Shown here: one piece after another, positions 17,389-28,920 of the stretch
Numbering within the stretch: the first letter of the stretch is position 1
How the letters are laid out: every line of letters starts with the position of its first letter
Virus record (IMG/VR): IMGVR_UViG_3300038974_000355
Location: 1-33,352 of that record
Direction: 5' to 3' (one strand)
DNA: 33,352 nucleotides
DNA from: a virus
Lineage: Duplodnaviria > Caudoviricetes
The notes under the pieces: generated by a model
The model's input: only the letters and a program-made list of their open reading frames with translations
The model's database searches: none
What the model was told of the DNA's origin: nothing
Made by a program: the position numbers and the translations under genes

Positions 17389-20300
17389 ATGGCTTCATCT
17401 AATTTTAACACATTCAAAGGAGAGATTGATAGCGCAAACTCATCTCTTAACACCTTTATATCAAACATAGATTCTTCTGTTTCTAAAGTTGAAAGCCTAT
17501 TCTCTTCTTTTTCTAAAATAACAATTCCTGTTAGTTCATTGCAGAAATTAATTAACATGAACGAAGAACTAAGGAATGGTATTGCAAAAACGAATAAATT
17601 ACTAACAGAAGAAGAAGCTATTTCTAAGCAATTAGCCTCAGCAACAAATGCAAATACAAAAGCACAAGTAGCATATAATTCAGCTGTTTCAACTCAAATA
17701 ACCGAGTTGACTAATAGCACAGCAATATTAAGGGCGAAAGTTAAAGAACAACAATTAGCTGCATTAGCTACTTCTGCTGAGGCGAGCGCATATACATCTT
17801 TAGTTGCAAGGTATAATTTAGCACGAACATCTGTTTTAGAATTGTCCGCTGCGAAAGGGATAGATAATGAAGAAACTCAAAATGCAATTGTTGAGTACCA
17901 AAAGCTATCAGCAGAAATGAGTTCTATAACTACTGCTATTGATGCTTATGGTATGGGAGCAGCAAAAGCTACTCCGGCTGCATTTTCATTCAATACAATT
18001 ATTACTGAAATACCTAACTTTGCCATTAGTGCAAGAACAGGGATTATGTCATTGTCTAATAATGTGCCAATGTTTATAACACAAATGCACGCCTTAACAA
18101 AGGCTACTAAAGCAGGAACAAATGAAGTTTTAGGATTATCAGGCGCATTGAAGTCATTAATATCTCCTACTTCTCTTGTAACATTAGGAGCTGTTGCCCT
18201 TATGACAGCTATACAGCTATTGCTTCCAGTTATAACAAAATGGTTTGATGAAATGAGTGGCGGAGTATCTATTATGGATAAAGCTGCTGGAACATTAAAA
18301 GCATTTACTGATGAAGCTAAAAATGGCAGTAGCCAACTTGTTTCAGATGTAGCTGCTTATGATGCTCTTAAATTTGCTATCGACCGATTAGAAAAATCAG
18401 GACAAAATATGCTTTCAACAGAAACGCATAAGAATAAAGTTATATCAGAGGGACAAAGACTTATTGGAGATGTGGTCGGTATCACGATTAATTCTTATGC
18501 CGATTTAACTAAAGCAATGGAAAAATACGGGGCAAAGGTAGAAAAATTTTGGAATCAACAAGCTGTTGCCAATGCGAGCTTAAGAAAATCATCGGAAGAA
18601 AGAATTAAGGCATTTAGTAATGAAGCCATAATAGAGCAAAATGGGTGGACAGATTTATATAATATTCTTAAAAAAGTTACAGCAGCAAGAACAGACGATG
18701 TTGAAAAAGGGATGACATTAAATGAGCGATATTCCAAAACAATGAAAGAATTAGCTACTACTGCAAGGCTGGCTGGGACTCAATTTAAAATGATTGAATC
18801 AGGAACTCAATCTACTCAAGCAATCGTACTTAGAACTAACAGTGTAAAAAGAATGGCATCTGAACTTGGGATAACTTTAGACCAACTAAGAGATTTTTCA
18901 TCTAAATTTAATGAATTGTCTTCACAAGATAAAGAAGCAATTGTCAATCTCACATCTGAAACAACAAGGGCTTTATACACATCGCAAGCAGCAGCAAAAG
19001 CAGCTAGAGAAACATATATACAGTTATTCGCATCAGTAAAAGACGGTGCAGGGGAAGCAGCTAAAGAATTAGCAGCATACAATAGAACACTACAAAATTT
19101 TGATTGGTATAACAGTTCGTTATCCAATATGTCTAAATTTTGGGAAAGTATTGCTATGAATGATAATATAGGATATAAAAGACGATTAGAAGCATTAGAA
19201 ACATATACTAAGGCAGAAGAATTATTATCTAAATCTGCTTTTACAAAACGCATTCAAGATGCAATCGACCAGAACAATAAAGAGATGCGAGAGGATGCTG
19301 TTAAGCACGCAAAGAATCTTGATAGAGCAAGTAAAGGGGCAAAAGCTGTTATTACTGTTGTAGAAGAAGGAGCTATTGAAATGTCTATGGCTACTGAGAG
19401 ATTCAGGAATGAAATAGCTTCCGGAATGGATATTTCATCTGCTGTTAACACATTTAAGGATTCTATCCAAAAAGGTATGCAAACAGTAAAATCTTCATTG
19501 AACAAGGATGGGAACACAATAGATGCAGAAACAAAAAATTATACTGACGCCGTATTGACGAACTATAAAAATATGTTCAATAAAATCAATAAGTTGATTA
19601 TTGATGAAATGGCAAAGCAAAATGAAAATATTCTTGATGTATTAAGAAAACAAGGAGAGATAATAAAAAGTGAACTTCAAAAGACATTTAACCAGATAGA
19701 TTTAGATTTAAATAAAGACATATTATCAAAAGACTTAGAAGAAATTACTGATAGAATAAATAAATTTAAAAAAGATATCTCCGGAGAGTCTGAGTTTAAT
19801 TTGTTTTTTACTTCTGTAGATATAGAGCCATCAGAAGAAAGAATAGATAGATTTAATAAAGCTATGGAAAAAGCGCAATTACCAATTGACGCAGTAAATA
19901 AAAAGATTGAAGAACTTGACATGGAAATTAATAGAGCAACAACATCTTTTGACTATATTGCAAAATTAGATGCCGAATTTACTAAAACAGCTGATTCTAT
20001 ACTATCAGCATTTAGAGCTGGCGAAATAGACGAAACAGAGTATAACGAAAGAAGCCAGAAATTGGCTCTTAATTATGAGAAAGAAAGAAATGCAGCCGTT
20101 TCTTCCGCCAAAATGACAAATGAGCAATTAGCGGACTTAAACGAAGAGCGTAAAAAGTTAGTTGATGAAAGAGCTGAATATGAGTTAGAAAAAGAATTAG
20201 AAACGGCTAAATTGATAGAAAAAGCTTTAGAAGAGCATTACGAAAATGTATTGAAACAAAGAGAAATATTTAACGCTCAACTTCGAGAATTAGTAGATAA

Positions 20301-21099
20301 TTTCTTTGTTACAATTGAAGTTTTATCTACAATATCAAATAAAAAGAAAGAAAAAGAATTTGAAGAGGAAGAAAAAAGAAACGAAAAATCAAAAGAGATT
20401 CAATTAAAATCAATTGAGGGACTTGAAGATGAGGCGTCATTAAAAGCAGAAATAAATGAACATTATGCTTTAAAGAAAGAAGAATTAGATAGACGGAAAG
20501 AAGAAGAAGAACAGCGACATACAAGAGTAATGGCTCAAATAGCTATCGGTCAATTCTTAATACAAGCTGCTGCTGATTTTGCTCAAATAAAGGCAGACAT
20601 GTTGGCTTTCCAATCAACATTAACAGCATCAAGAGCTGCCTTAGGTGTTGCTGGTGCTTCGTCAGCAGTTTCCGATACGCTTACTGCTTATGCCCCTATA
20701 TTAGCTATGTTTGCTGTAAATAAAGCCGTTGGTTTAGCATCTATAGTTGCAGCAAATTATGAGGCATTTGCTGCTGGTGGTACAGTTCAAAAAGACGGGA
20801 TAATATTAGTCGGAGATGGAGGAAGGAATGAGGTTCTGCTCGATAATTATGGAAATGTATCTGTTACGCCAGATAAAGATACATATACTTATGCTGAAAA
20901 AGGAACTCGAATATTTAAAGATATAAATGATTTTGCTACCTTTGTAGGTAAGAATATAAGTGATATGGATATTATGACGCATTCAGCAATAAATTATACT
21001 GGCTCTATACAAGGAATAAGCAAGACTTTAAATGCGAGCTACAAAGAATTAAAGAGAATCAATTCACCAAAAATAACAATAAAAAGAAAGTGGTATTAA
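17389..21099 (+). CDS. Tape measure protein
   Basis: 1236 aa, Ala-rich and coiled-coil; EIPNFAIS..SLSNNVP motif, hydrophobic segments, C-terminal FAAGG..VGDGG..E motif. Confidence 0.92.
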   Translation: MASSNFNTFKGEIDSANSSLNTFISNIDSSVSKVESLFSSFSKITIPVSSLQKLINMNEELRNGIAKTNKLLTEEEAISKQLASATNANTKAQVAYNSAVSTQITELTNSTAILRAKVKEQQLAALATSAEASAYTSLVARYNLARTSVLELSAAKGIDNEETQNAIVEYQKLSAEMSSITTAIDAYGMGAAKATPAAFSFNTIITEIPNFAISARTGIMSLSNNVPMFITQMHALTKATKAGTNEVLGLSGALKSLISPTSLVTLGAVALMTAIQLLLPVITKWFDEMSGGVSIMDKAAGTLKAFTDEAKNGSSQLVSDVAAYDALKFAIDRLEKSGQNMLSTETHKNKVISEGQRLIGDVVGITINSYADLTKAMEKYGAKVEKFWNQQAVANASLRKSSEERIKAFSNEAIIEQNGWTDLYNILKKVTAARTDDVEKGMTLNERYSKTMKELATTARLAGTQFKMIESGTQSTQAIVLRTNSVKRMASELGITLDQLRDFSSKFNELSSQDKEAIVNLTSETTRALYTSQAAAKAARETYIQLFASVKDGAGEAAKELAAYNRTLQNFDWYNSSLSNMSKFWESIAMNDNIGYKRRLEALETYTKAEELLSKSAFTKRIQDAIDQNNKEMREDAVKHAKNLDRASKGAKAVITVVEEGAIEMSMATERFRNEIASGMDISSAVNTFKDSIQKGMQTVKSSLNKDGNTIDAETKNYTDAVLTNYKNMFNKINKLIIDEMAKQNENILDVLRKQGEIIKSELQKTFNQIDLDLNKDILSKDLEEITDRINKFKKDISGESEFNLFFTSVDIEPSEERIDRFNKAMEKAQLPIDAVNKKIEELDMEINRATTSFDYIAKLDAEFTKTADSILSAFRAGEIDETEYNERSQKLALNYEKERNAAVSSAKMTNEQLADLNEERKKLVDERAEYELEKELETAKLIEKALEEHYENVLKQREIFNAQLRELVDNFFVTIEVLSTISNKKKEKEFEEEEKRNEKSKEIQLKSIEGLEDEASLKAEINEHYALKKEELDRRKEEEEQRHTRVMAQIAIGQFLIQAAADFAQIKADMLAFQSTLTASRAALGVAGASSAVSDTLTAYAPILAMFAVNKAVGLASIVAANYEAFAAGGTVQKDGIILVGDGGRNEVLLDNYGNVSVTPDKDTYTYAEKGTRIFKDINDFATFVGKNISDMDIMTHSAINYTGSIQGISKTLNASYKELKRINSPKITIKRKWY

Positions 21100-21100
21100 T

Positions 21101-21394
21101 ATGAAAAGGCGATTAAAGATATTAAGTAAATTAGCGGTGTTCTATTCTCAATCTATTATTTTATCGATTGCAATAGGAACTATTTCCGGCGGATTAGCTG
21201 CATTAATTATTGGATTTCCATTAAAAGAATCAATAATCATATCTATTTGTTCCGTGTTCTCCTTATATGTATTTCAATTTATTATTGGGTGTCTTAATAC
21301 TTTATTAGCTACTCTTATAGTTCGAGCATCGAATGAAATTAAAAACAAAGAGATAGATAGAAAGATATTTGAATACACACAAAATAAAGATTAA
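21101..21394 (+). CDS. Small membrane protein
   Basis: Two long hydrophobic segments with a basic N-terminus. Confidence 0.7.
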   Translation: MKRRLKILSKLAVFYSQSIILSIAIGTISGGLAALIIGFPLKESIIISICSVFSLYVFQFIIGCLNTLLATLIVRASNEIKNKEIDRKIFEYTQNKD

Positions 21395-21396
21395 TT

Positions 21397-23667
21397 ATGG
21401 CTGATATATTCGGACTTAAATATCGTTTTACGCTATTATTCAAGAGAGGAAATACCGTATTTGACAAATACACTATGGGCGTTGATGATGAGCCTGTAGA
21501 TAATCACGAAGCATCGGTAGACTTTGTTCGTGATGATAATTATTTTGTGATAGGCAGTAGCATAACCGGAGTAAGTACTTTTGTTAAAAGAGCTAAACAA
21601 TTTTTCCTTAAACTATTTCTGCTAAAAGCAGAATCAGATAAACTTACTATTTATGTAGAGAATAAAAATAATAACACATTTGAATATGAGCGTTATTACG
21701 AAGGAAAGATAGATACAGATACAACTGTAATAGATAGAGATACTATTTCTGCTGATGTTGATATAGATTCTATATGGACAACTATTAAAGCCAATCTCAC
21801 AAAGAAGATTGAGTTGCCTATGACAAGTAGATTCGATTATTTCGGTGCATATTTAGATAAGACAATTAAAGGCGTATTAGCTCAGTCATGGAGTATCACA
21901 GATTCAGAACAAACAGACAATTATAAAGTAGTCCCTAATATAGATAATAAATCTGAATTAGTATATGTTAAAGGAGGAACATCCAAATCTTTAAGAATAT
22001 CAATAGAAATACCTTATTTAGAGTGCTTTATGGAAAATAAGGCAAGGAGCATAGATGGCGCTCCTTGCTTATATCTTTGTTGTTACAATGACACATATAA
22101 CTCATCTCCATTAAGAAACGAAAAACCAGATGGTATTAATTCAAATATAATATTTTATTGGCGACTTGAACCATCTTTCATCGGAAAAGGAGCTCGGCCA
22201 GACGGGTCTGCGTATCAATATAGAACTATATACAATAATTTTAAAAGAGATATAGATTTGAGTAGCATTTCATCAAATCCTTCTATTAAAAATTGTTATT
22301 TTTACATATCTTGGTGTACATACGAAGGGCGTGGACTATTTACTACGCAGATAAAATCAGTACGATATAATACAAGAGCAGTCCCTAATACATTTGTTTT
22401 CAATAATAATACTTCTTCTTCGGAATCTCCTGCTACTCCTTGCAATGAGCTATTCAACCTTTTTGAGAGGTGCGTTTATTCTTTATTCCCAGATAAAGCA
22501 ATAAACATAAACTATGATATTGCTATGAAACGGCATAAAGTACAAGTATTGACGACAGGAGAACCGTTTCTACCATACAATAAAGAGAAGCTTAATAATG
22601 TAAATAACTTTACCATTACAACAACCATAAAAGACTTGCTTAAAACAATAGATAACATATATTGTATAGCCATATACGAGGATATAGAGAATAATACTAT
22701 AACATTATGCGACAGGCATAAACAGTTTAGTATGGGTAGTAACGGAGAATTATCAGATTACTCTGAGATGCAAATATCGTTTGATAAGACACATTATTTT
22801 GGCTCGTTCAAAACAGGTTCAGACAAAGGGCTTACAGATGATGAATCTGGACGGCTTGAATGTATGATGATTCAAGAGTGGAATATCGATAATAATTCAG
22901 AATCGCAATATGATATTACTATGCCTTATTACACATCTGTATATGGTATAACTGAATATATTGATAAATGTTACGGTAGAAAGGATCCTGATTCTAAAAG
23001 ATATTCAAGCCAGAATGACGATAAGATTATGATGTTCGGGTGCTCGCATAATAACGACCCGTCAAAATGTACTTTCTCTTTATCTTATCCGGTAGATGCA
23101 ACATCAGACCTTATAAATAGCCGATACTTTAATTTGCAATTCTCCCCAGTAAGGTGTTTGCTTGCTCATTTAAATTATATTGCCATATCAGGCATAAGTA
23201 CTGGTCTCGCTTTGCCTGATTCTTATTTTCCAAACTCTGAAACAATAATAAGAAGAACTAAGATTCAAGGAATATCAACTTTACCTGATGATACTTGGTC
23301 GAGATTTAGTTTTGAAAAAGCAGCAGTAGAAGAGTTCTTAAAACAGCATGTCCTCTATGATTCTTGGGCTTTATTTTTGCCGTTGAAAGCAAATTTTGTT
23401 TCTTATAAAGAAAAAGACACAGGGAAATATATTGGTGGATTAGACAAATATAAATCATTTGACATAAGAACAGATATATTGACTTATAATAAAGAACAAT
23501 TAAGCCCTTTGGAAGAAAATATTCCTAAATATTCTTGTTATGCAAATAAATTCAGTGTAAATTTGCAAGAGTCAAAAGAAAGAGAGTATGAAATGATTAT
23601 GGCAAATAATCAAAGGAGTACTTTATTTAGTTTTTACAATCAAGAATACGGAGTAAATGATTTATAA
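21397..23667 (+). CDS. Tail tip/hub structural protein
   Basis: 756 aa downstream of tape measure; FNLQFSP.RCL..H motif; function inferred from position. Confidence 0.55.
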   Translation: MADIFGLKYRFTLLFKRGNTVFDKYTMGVDDEPVDNHEASVDFVRDDNYFVIGSSITGVSTFVKRAKQFFLKLFLLKAESDKLTIYVENKNNNTFEYERYYEGKIDTDTTVIDRDTISADVDIDSIWTTIKANLTKKIELPMTSRFDYFGAYLDKTIKGVLAQSWSITDSEQTDNYKVVPNIDNKSELVYVKGGTSKSLRISIEIPYLECFMENKARSIDGAPCLYLCCYNDTYNSSPLRNEKPDGINSNIIFYWRLEPSFIGKGARPDGSAYQYRTIYNNFKRDIDLSSISSNPSIKNCYFYISWCTYEGRGLFTTQIKSVRYNTRAVPNTFVFNNNTSSSESPATPCNELFNLFERCVYSLFPDKAININYDIAMKRHKVQVLTTGEPFLPYNKEKLNNVNNFTITTTIKDLLKTIDNIYCIAIYEDIENNTITLCDRHKQFSMGSNGELSDYSEMQISFDKTHYFGSFKTGSDKGLTDDESGRLECMMIQEWNIDNNSESQYDITMPYYTSVYGITEYIDKCYGRKDPDSKRYSSQNDDKIMMFGCSHNNDPSKCTFSLSYPVDATSDLINSRYFNLQFSPVRCLLAHLNYIAISGISTGLALPDSYFPNSETIIRRTKIQGISTLPDDTWSRFSFEKAAVEEFLKQHVLYDSWALFLPLKANFVSYKEKDTGKYIGGLDKYKSFDIRTDILTYNKEQLSPLEENIPKYSCYANKFSVNLQESKEREYEMIMANNQRSTLFSFYNQEYGVNDL

Positions 23668-25060
23668 TGAAAATATAATTATACCAAAAACTTGTCCTTT
23701 CCAGTTCGATACAACAGGGAAGGAAGATTTTGTCATGCCTGTTTGTGTCGGAGATGCTTTGACTTTGTCGTTTTTCTTATATACTCATGGATTTCATCCG
23801 GCTGTTACTTCTACGACAAAAGTAGCTGTAATAGCTATTGATAATAAAGGAATAAAATTAGCTATATCAGAAGCAATAGAAATTACTCCTAAAGTTATTT
23901 CTTATGGACTTTCTTATGCTACTTTTGCCGTTCAGGATGGTAATTTTTTCACTAAAATTTCAAAGAACACAACATTTAAGTTGTGTATTTGTATGTGGAA
24001 TTATGTTACTGATAATAAAATTCCTGATTCGTTTTTCCCAGACAATATATTATGCGACAGTAATTATTTATGCGTTGTTGAGGACGAGGATAATACAACT
24101 CTTATTCAATATACTTCCGATGAGAATAAATTAAACACTCAATTTACAACTCCTATTATAGAAAGATATAATGCTTGCAAAGGAGATATTGTTATTATTA
24201 ATGATGATTTTTTCGGAGAAAAAGGAGATATTGAATTAAAAAGCGAAATAGTTACTCCGGTTAATAGCAGGAATCCTAATTCAACTGGCGATTTAGATAC
24301 ATTTATGATTGTTCTTGGTGGGTATTACAATAATGATGCTATAATGTGGCTTTTTACAGCTGGAGGCTGGAATTTTTATAATATGCGCGATAAAACATTA
24401 GCATACATGCAATTAGAAAAATTTCCTTATACTCCTACCGAAATGTATATCTATGGTTGGGGTGGAAATGTTTATTATTTGTCAGGTTACGAACAAATTA
24501 AATGGCTTTTATTTAAAATGATAGAGTGGGGGGATATATCAGCTAATGAATTTAATAATAGAAAATCTTTCTTCACTAAAGATTTTCTAGTGAAGAATGG
24601 AATTGATGTATATGTTTTAAATGTCATAGGTTACAACAATCTTCAATACTCTATTCGAGTACAAGGTATATTTGATACGGATTGCGATGAACAATCGGCA
24701 GAAAACACTCAATATCAAGGACAGGAATATCAAACAGTAAAAATGTTTCAACATCCTTATTCTTCATATACTGTTACTTTAGGTCATAAAACTGGACTAC
24801 CAATGTTTATGCGTGAAAAATTAAATTATATTTTTCAGTCAGATTGGTTGCGAGTAAATGGCGAGCAAGTAACTAAATTTAGCGATAATGCTACATTTGA
24901 AGTGAAAGATACAATGCCTAATGGGAATAAGTCATTAACAATATCATTCCAATCTCGAATACCATCACATACACAAGGTAGTGATTTTGATGCTACCGCA
25001 ATTGGCAACACAGCATTTATTTACGAGGATAATAATAAAAATACAATTTTAACATTATGA
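23657..25060 (+). CDS. Minor tail structural protein
   Basis: Overlap-coupled; C-terminal TLG...GLP.FMREKLNYIF..D...VNG pattern; function inferred from position. Confidence 0.55.
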   Translation: MIYNENIIIPKTCPFQFDTTGKEDFVMPVCVGDALTLSFFLYTHGFHPAVTSTTKVAVIAIDNKGIKLAISEAIEITPKVISYGLSYATFAVQDGNFFTKISKNTTFKLCICMWNYVTDNKIPDSFFPDNILCDSNYLCVVEDEDNTTLIQYTSDENKLNTQFTTPIIERYNACKGDIVIINDDFFGEKGDIELKSEIVTPVNSRNPNSTGDLDTFMIVLGGYYNNDAIMWLFTAGGWNFYNMRDKTLAYMQLEKFPYTPTEMYIYGWGGNVYYLSGYEQIKWLLFKMIEWGDISANEFNNRKSFFTKDFLVKNGIDVYVLNVIGYNNLQYSIRVQGIFDTDCDEQSAENTQYQGQEYQTVKMFQHPYSSYTVTLGHKTGLPMFMREKLNYIFQSDWLRVNGEQVTKFSDNATFEVKDTMPNGNKSLTISFQSRIPSHTQGSDFDATAIGNTAFIYEDNNKNTILTL

Positions 25061-28000
25061 TTACTCCATTTTCAAAAAAGAATCAAAGAGATTTACAATC
25101 AGTTTCAGGTGGAATTGATAATTTTTTTATAACAGCATATAACGGGCTTACAGCCGTTAAGATGAAAATAAAAGATTTAATTGCTTCTTTTTCTTCTTAT
25201 ATAGAATCAGTAGTTGCTCCAAATATAGCATTGCCATCTACTGACTTAGGCTATCCTGTATCCCAACAAACAGCTACGCAATATGCTCTTGTACAGGTAT
25301 TTGCTAAAGATGCAGTTTCTTATACTATTCAGTATAATGAAAATAATCCTCCTGCAAGTACAATAACAGTAGTCAAAGAAGATGGTTCGACGAACATCTA
25401 TTATGCGAAAGATATTCCAAATGGAGTATTTATGTTTAATAAAAATGAAAATAATCTTAATGCAAAGTGGCAGCTAAACAATGGAGTTGGTTATTTTGAA
25501 TGGATTGAGGTAAATCAATTTACCGATACAGGACTTCCTGTTTTTGAAAATTGGGGATTTGTTAATGATGATGGAATATTCCAAAATTACGACCCAGATA
25601 CCGCTACCGATACTGGTATATATTATCTTAAAAGCCTTATTGTATATACTTATTCTGACGGTAATACTGATGGTTTAATTAATGTACAATTAACAGTACT
25701 TAATAGCAGCTCTTCTGGTATTACAACACAAGTAGCAATAGGTAGAAGAGCAGGAAGAATGGCTAATTCATATAATCAAGAACCAGCGGTATATATCCGT
25801 AGAGCACCTATGGGGTCAACGAATGAGTGGACAAATTGGTCTTCCGCCTCTTCTGATGTATATAATGTTGTCCTTTCTGCATTGATGGATGTAAATAATA
25901 ATTTTTATAAATTAGAAGACGGACGAGTACGCTTATCTGTATCTGAAACGAATGATGTTTTTGTTTCTTTTTCTGATACGAATGTTCGTCGAGGGTTCGG
26001 TATAGATTCCGCAGGCGATTTCTTTTGGTACACTGAAACAGGCAAAAAAACAGTTCCTTTAACTGTTTATACCGATAGTACTTTAGTTGGAGATGGTTCA
26101 GCATCATCTCCTATTGGGGCTAAATACGCAAGCGAAACACAAGGAGGAATTATTTCTGCCGAAGATTATGTTAAGCTTACTAATATGAATCCTATTACAA
26201 GCACTGATGGAGATACTGTACTTGGAGATGGAAGCGAGAATGATAAAGTACGAACAAATGTTATGTCGCTCGATTTTTTAGATTGGGGAACATCTAATTT
26301 ATTGAGTGGGAATAACGAACCTATGCAGATTCGTGCTTATGATATTATGTCCCGTATATTGTGGAATCAAAAGCAATCAGGCGTATATACTATCACAAGG
26401 CAAACATATCCGTTTACTTCTTTTGTTCCTGAATGGTGGCGACAATATTTTAATTCAAAAAATGATGCTTTTTCGTTTATACCTGTTGTGAATAGCGATA
26501 CAGGAGAATTATTTTTTTATGTGACTTCATACGCAGCAACAAATGAACCAATGTCTCTTTTGTCTGGTATGTCTCAAAGATTATATGTTCCTTCTACTAA
26601 GAAAACATACTCTCGGTATATACCAGCTTCTCTTATTGATGTACCTACATCTGGAACTGATAGAGTTATGCTACCTGAATGGGTAGAAGATGAAGCAAAC
26701 GAAACATACCCTGCTTCATACTCTCCATTGGTAATATCAGCTGCATCAGAATATGATAGTTTTACTGATTTTGGAGTATATGGAATAAAGGACCCTCAAT
26801 ATAATCCTCTTGGCGACACAGAGGGGTATCTTACATTAATAGTAAATCCGGCAAGTAACGCAACGACAATAACACAAAAGATAATTTCTGCAAGTAGCGG
26901 TAAATCAATGCAACGCTTTAAAAGATTTGTTAATTCTCCTTGGTCTGAATGGGTTCTAACAGACACATATCAAGCTTATGATTGGGCAACAGATATTTCT
27001 AAGATTGTTAATTATGATTATGTTACAGAATTTGGGTCTGTTGGTATATATGATAGCTCAGACCCTCTTGCGCAAGGTAGTCCGCTTATGAATTTAAAGG
27101 TTGAACAGATAGGATACCGTTCGTCTTCTTCGCAGCCATATAATTTAATGCAAACAAGAACAGCTCCATTAAACGGAAAATCACAAATAAGAGTGAGAAT
27201 TAATGGAGTATGGGGTAATTGGATTGATGTATCAAATGGAGGCGGTGGAGTAATTGCCACTACTTATGCTGAACTTCAATCTTTAGTTTCTTCTTCTTCA
27301 TTAACTGTCGGTCAACAATATCTATTTGAATATGAATGTGTATATAAGGATAGAGGATTAAATACAGGAACGGCACGAGGAACAAGAAAATTTAATATTA
27401 TTGTTACCGCAATATCGGCCAACTCGTTTAATAAAAAAGTAGTTATTCCGGAGCAGCCTCTATGGGATGTTGAATATTCATTCACTCAAAATAACCCATA
27501 TATAGGATGGGCAAGAAGCAATGACTTTGGACAAATAACATATCTCAAAGACGAATGGGGAAATGAAGCCGGATTTGATTTTAAAAATATTAAGACAACT
27601 TTTTATAATGTAAGTTTAAGTAACAATTATACATTAGATAGATATGTATGGTTGCCTACTTTGAATAATTTCTCATTGGGAACTGAAAGCCCCGATATTA
27701 CAATAAGAACTACAATCAACGGTGAACCTTATGAAGAAAATATAAAAGTAGGAAATTTCAATACTTCGGCTGTTATAGATTTGACAACTAAAAAGTCATT
27801 ATTCCTTTTTGACAACGGAAATGGCATCGACATGTCATCGGAAAAACATGTAACTAATTGCAGTGTATTACCATCTTACGCAAATGTTAGGCCGAATAGC
27901 CGATTAGAGCTTCCAGCTATCTCTCTTGTTGGTTCTGACATACGAGATTGTAAAATTACCGATTCAGAAAGAATGCTTATAGCAGGAGATACTATAAAGA

Positions 28001-28917
28001 ATATTACAATAAACGACGCAAGAGTTGTCTTTATTGGTCGCTGCGAAAAGAATAGTTCTACTCTTTCCATAAGTGGAGTAATAAATGGATTTGTCAGCAA
28101 TCAACAAGGGATGAGAAATTCCGTTATCGGAACAAATAATGAAAACGTTAAGTCTATTACTGTAAGAGCGCTTGATTCAACTTATATTATGGACCAAATT
28201 GGAAATGTAGGCGCTGTTACTATTGATGCCGAACATTGTTACTTCTTGGCAATAGATAACGCGACAGTAAATGCAAATAATTCTGCCTTTATTAGCGTTA
28301 ACGATTCAGTTGTAGGTAAATGCGATGATTCAGTAATTTATTCGTTGAATCATACAAATGCAAAACGAATATTTTGTTCTCAATTAGGACAATTACAAAA
28401 TGTGAATAGTATAACCGCTATAGAAAGCTATGTAGATAATGGTATAAGCAAGTGTAACGATGTTCGTTTCGAGAAAACATTTGGTTATTCGACCATCTCT
28501 CAGTGCCCTTTAATCTCATTTGAAAATGTTAATTTTAATGGGTCAATAGACAACAGTTCTTTGAATCTGCAAGAATCAAATGAGTTAGACGAAATAAATC
28601 AAAGCAGAATAGATTATACAAAACATTTAGTAGGGAATGGATACAGTATAAGAAAATGCAACATAATGTCAGGTTGCGGACATATCGAATTATCCTCTGA
28701 TTTGGAAGATACATCTATTGGGCTTCATAATTATTGCGGTGATGGAGGTTTGGCTGTTTTAGGCGGAAAGAACAATGTAATATCAGACCATTGCATAATA
28801 CAGTCAATCCAAATTGACGGTAATAATACTGATTTTCCTATCGCTAATGATGCGACAAGATATTCTTTTATTTATAGAAGAGCAGGGTCTGTTTATGAAA
28901 AAGAAATAGGAGATTAA
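25057..28917 (+). CDS. Tail fibre/spike (receptor-binding protein) with repeated knob-like domains and a beta-helix-like C-terminus
   Basis: 1286 aa; L.GDG fibre motifs; repeated G.Y...Q...R...W..W units (WTNW, PEW, WSEW, WGNW); N/S/I/C-rich C-terminal third. Confidence 0.8.
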   Translation: MITPFSKKNQRDLQSVSGGIDNFFITAYNGLTAVKMKIKDLIASFSSYIESVVAPNIALPSTDLGYPVSQQTATQYALVQVFAKDAVSYTIQYNENNPPASTITVVKEDGSTNIYYAKDIPNGVFMFNKNENNLNAKWQLNNGVGYFEWIEVNQFTDTGLPVFENWGFVNDDGIFQNYDPDTATDTGIYYLKSLIVYTYSDGNTDGLINVQLTVLNSSSSGITTQVAIGRRAGRMANSYNQEPAVYIRRAPMGSTNEWTNWSSASSDVYNVVLSALMDVNNNFYKLEDGRVRLSVSETNDVFVSFSDTNVRRGFGIDSAGDFFWYTETGKKTVPLTVYTDSTLVGDGSASSPIGAKYASETQGGIISAEDYVKLTNMNPITSTDGDTVLGDGSENDKVRTNVMSLDFLDWGTSNLLSGNNEPMQIRAYDIMSRILWNQKQSGVYTITRQTYPFTSFVPEWWRQYFNSKNDAFSFIPVVNSDTGELFFYVTSYAATNEPMSLLSGMSQRLYVPSTKKTYSRYIPASLIDVPTSGTDRVMLPEWVEDEANETYPASYSPLVISAASEYDSFTDFGVYGIKDPQYNPLGDTEGYLTLIVNPASNATTITQKIISASSGKSMQRFKRFVNSPWSEWVLTDTYQAYDWATDISKIVNYDYVTEFGSVGIYDSSDPLAQGSPLMNLKVEQIGYRSSSSQPYNLMQTRTAPLNGKSQIRVRINGVWGNWIDVSNGGGGVIATTYAELQSLVSSSSLTVGQQYLFEYECVYKDRGLNTGTARGTRKFNIIVTAISANSFNKKVVIPEQPLWDVEYSFTQNNPYIGWARSNDFGQITYLKDEWGNEAGFDFKNIKTTFYNVSLSNNYTLDRYVWLPTLNNFSLGTESPDITIRTTINGEPYEENIKVGNFNTSAVIDLTTKKSLFLFDNGNGIDMSSEKHVTNCSVLPSYANVRPNSRLELPAISLVGSDIRDCKITDSERMLIAGDTIKNITINDARVVFIGRCEKNSSTLSISGVINGFVSNQQGMRNSVIGTNNENVKSITVRALDSTYIMDQIGNVGAVTIDAEHCYFLAIDNATVNANNSAFISVNDSVVGKCDDSVIYSLNHTNAKRIFCSQLGQLQNVNSITAIESYVDNGISKCNDVRFEKTFGYSTISQCPLISFENVNFNGSIDNSSLNLQESNELDEINQSRIDYTKHLVGNGYSIRKCNIMSGCGHIELSSDLEDTSIGLHNYCGDGGLAVLGGKNNVISDHCIIQSIQIDGNNTDFPIANDATRYSFIYRRAGSVYEKEIGD

Positions 28918-28920
28918 AAT

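Noticed and set aside
17054-20524. Series of - strand ORFs opposite the chaperone and tape measure genes
   Set aside because: Antisense shadows of a biased coding strand; no motifs
23904-28100. Nested or antisense ORFs within tail genes (23904, 25808, 26306, 27018, 27876)
   Set aside because: Embedded in long structural genes; no lipobox or other evidence for overprinting
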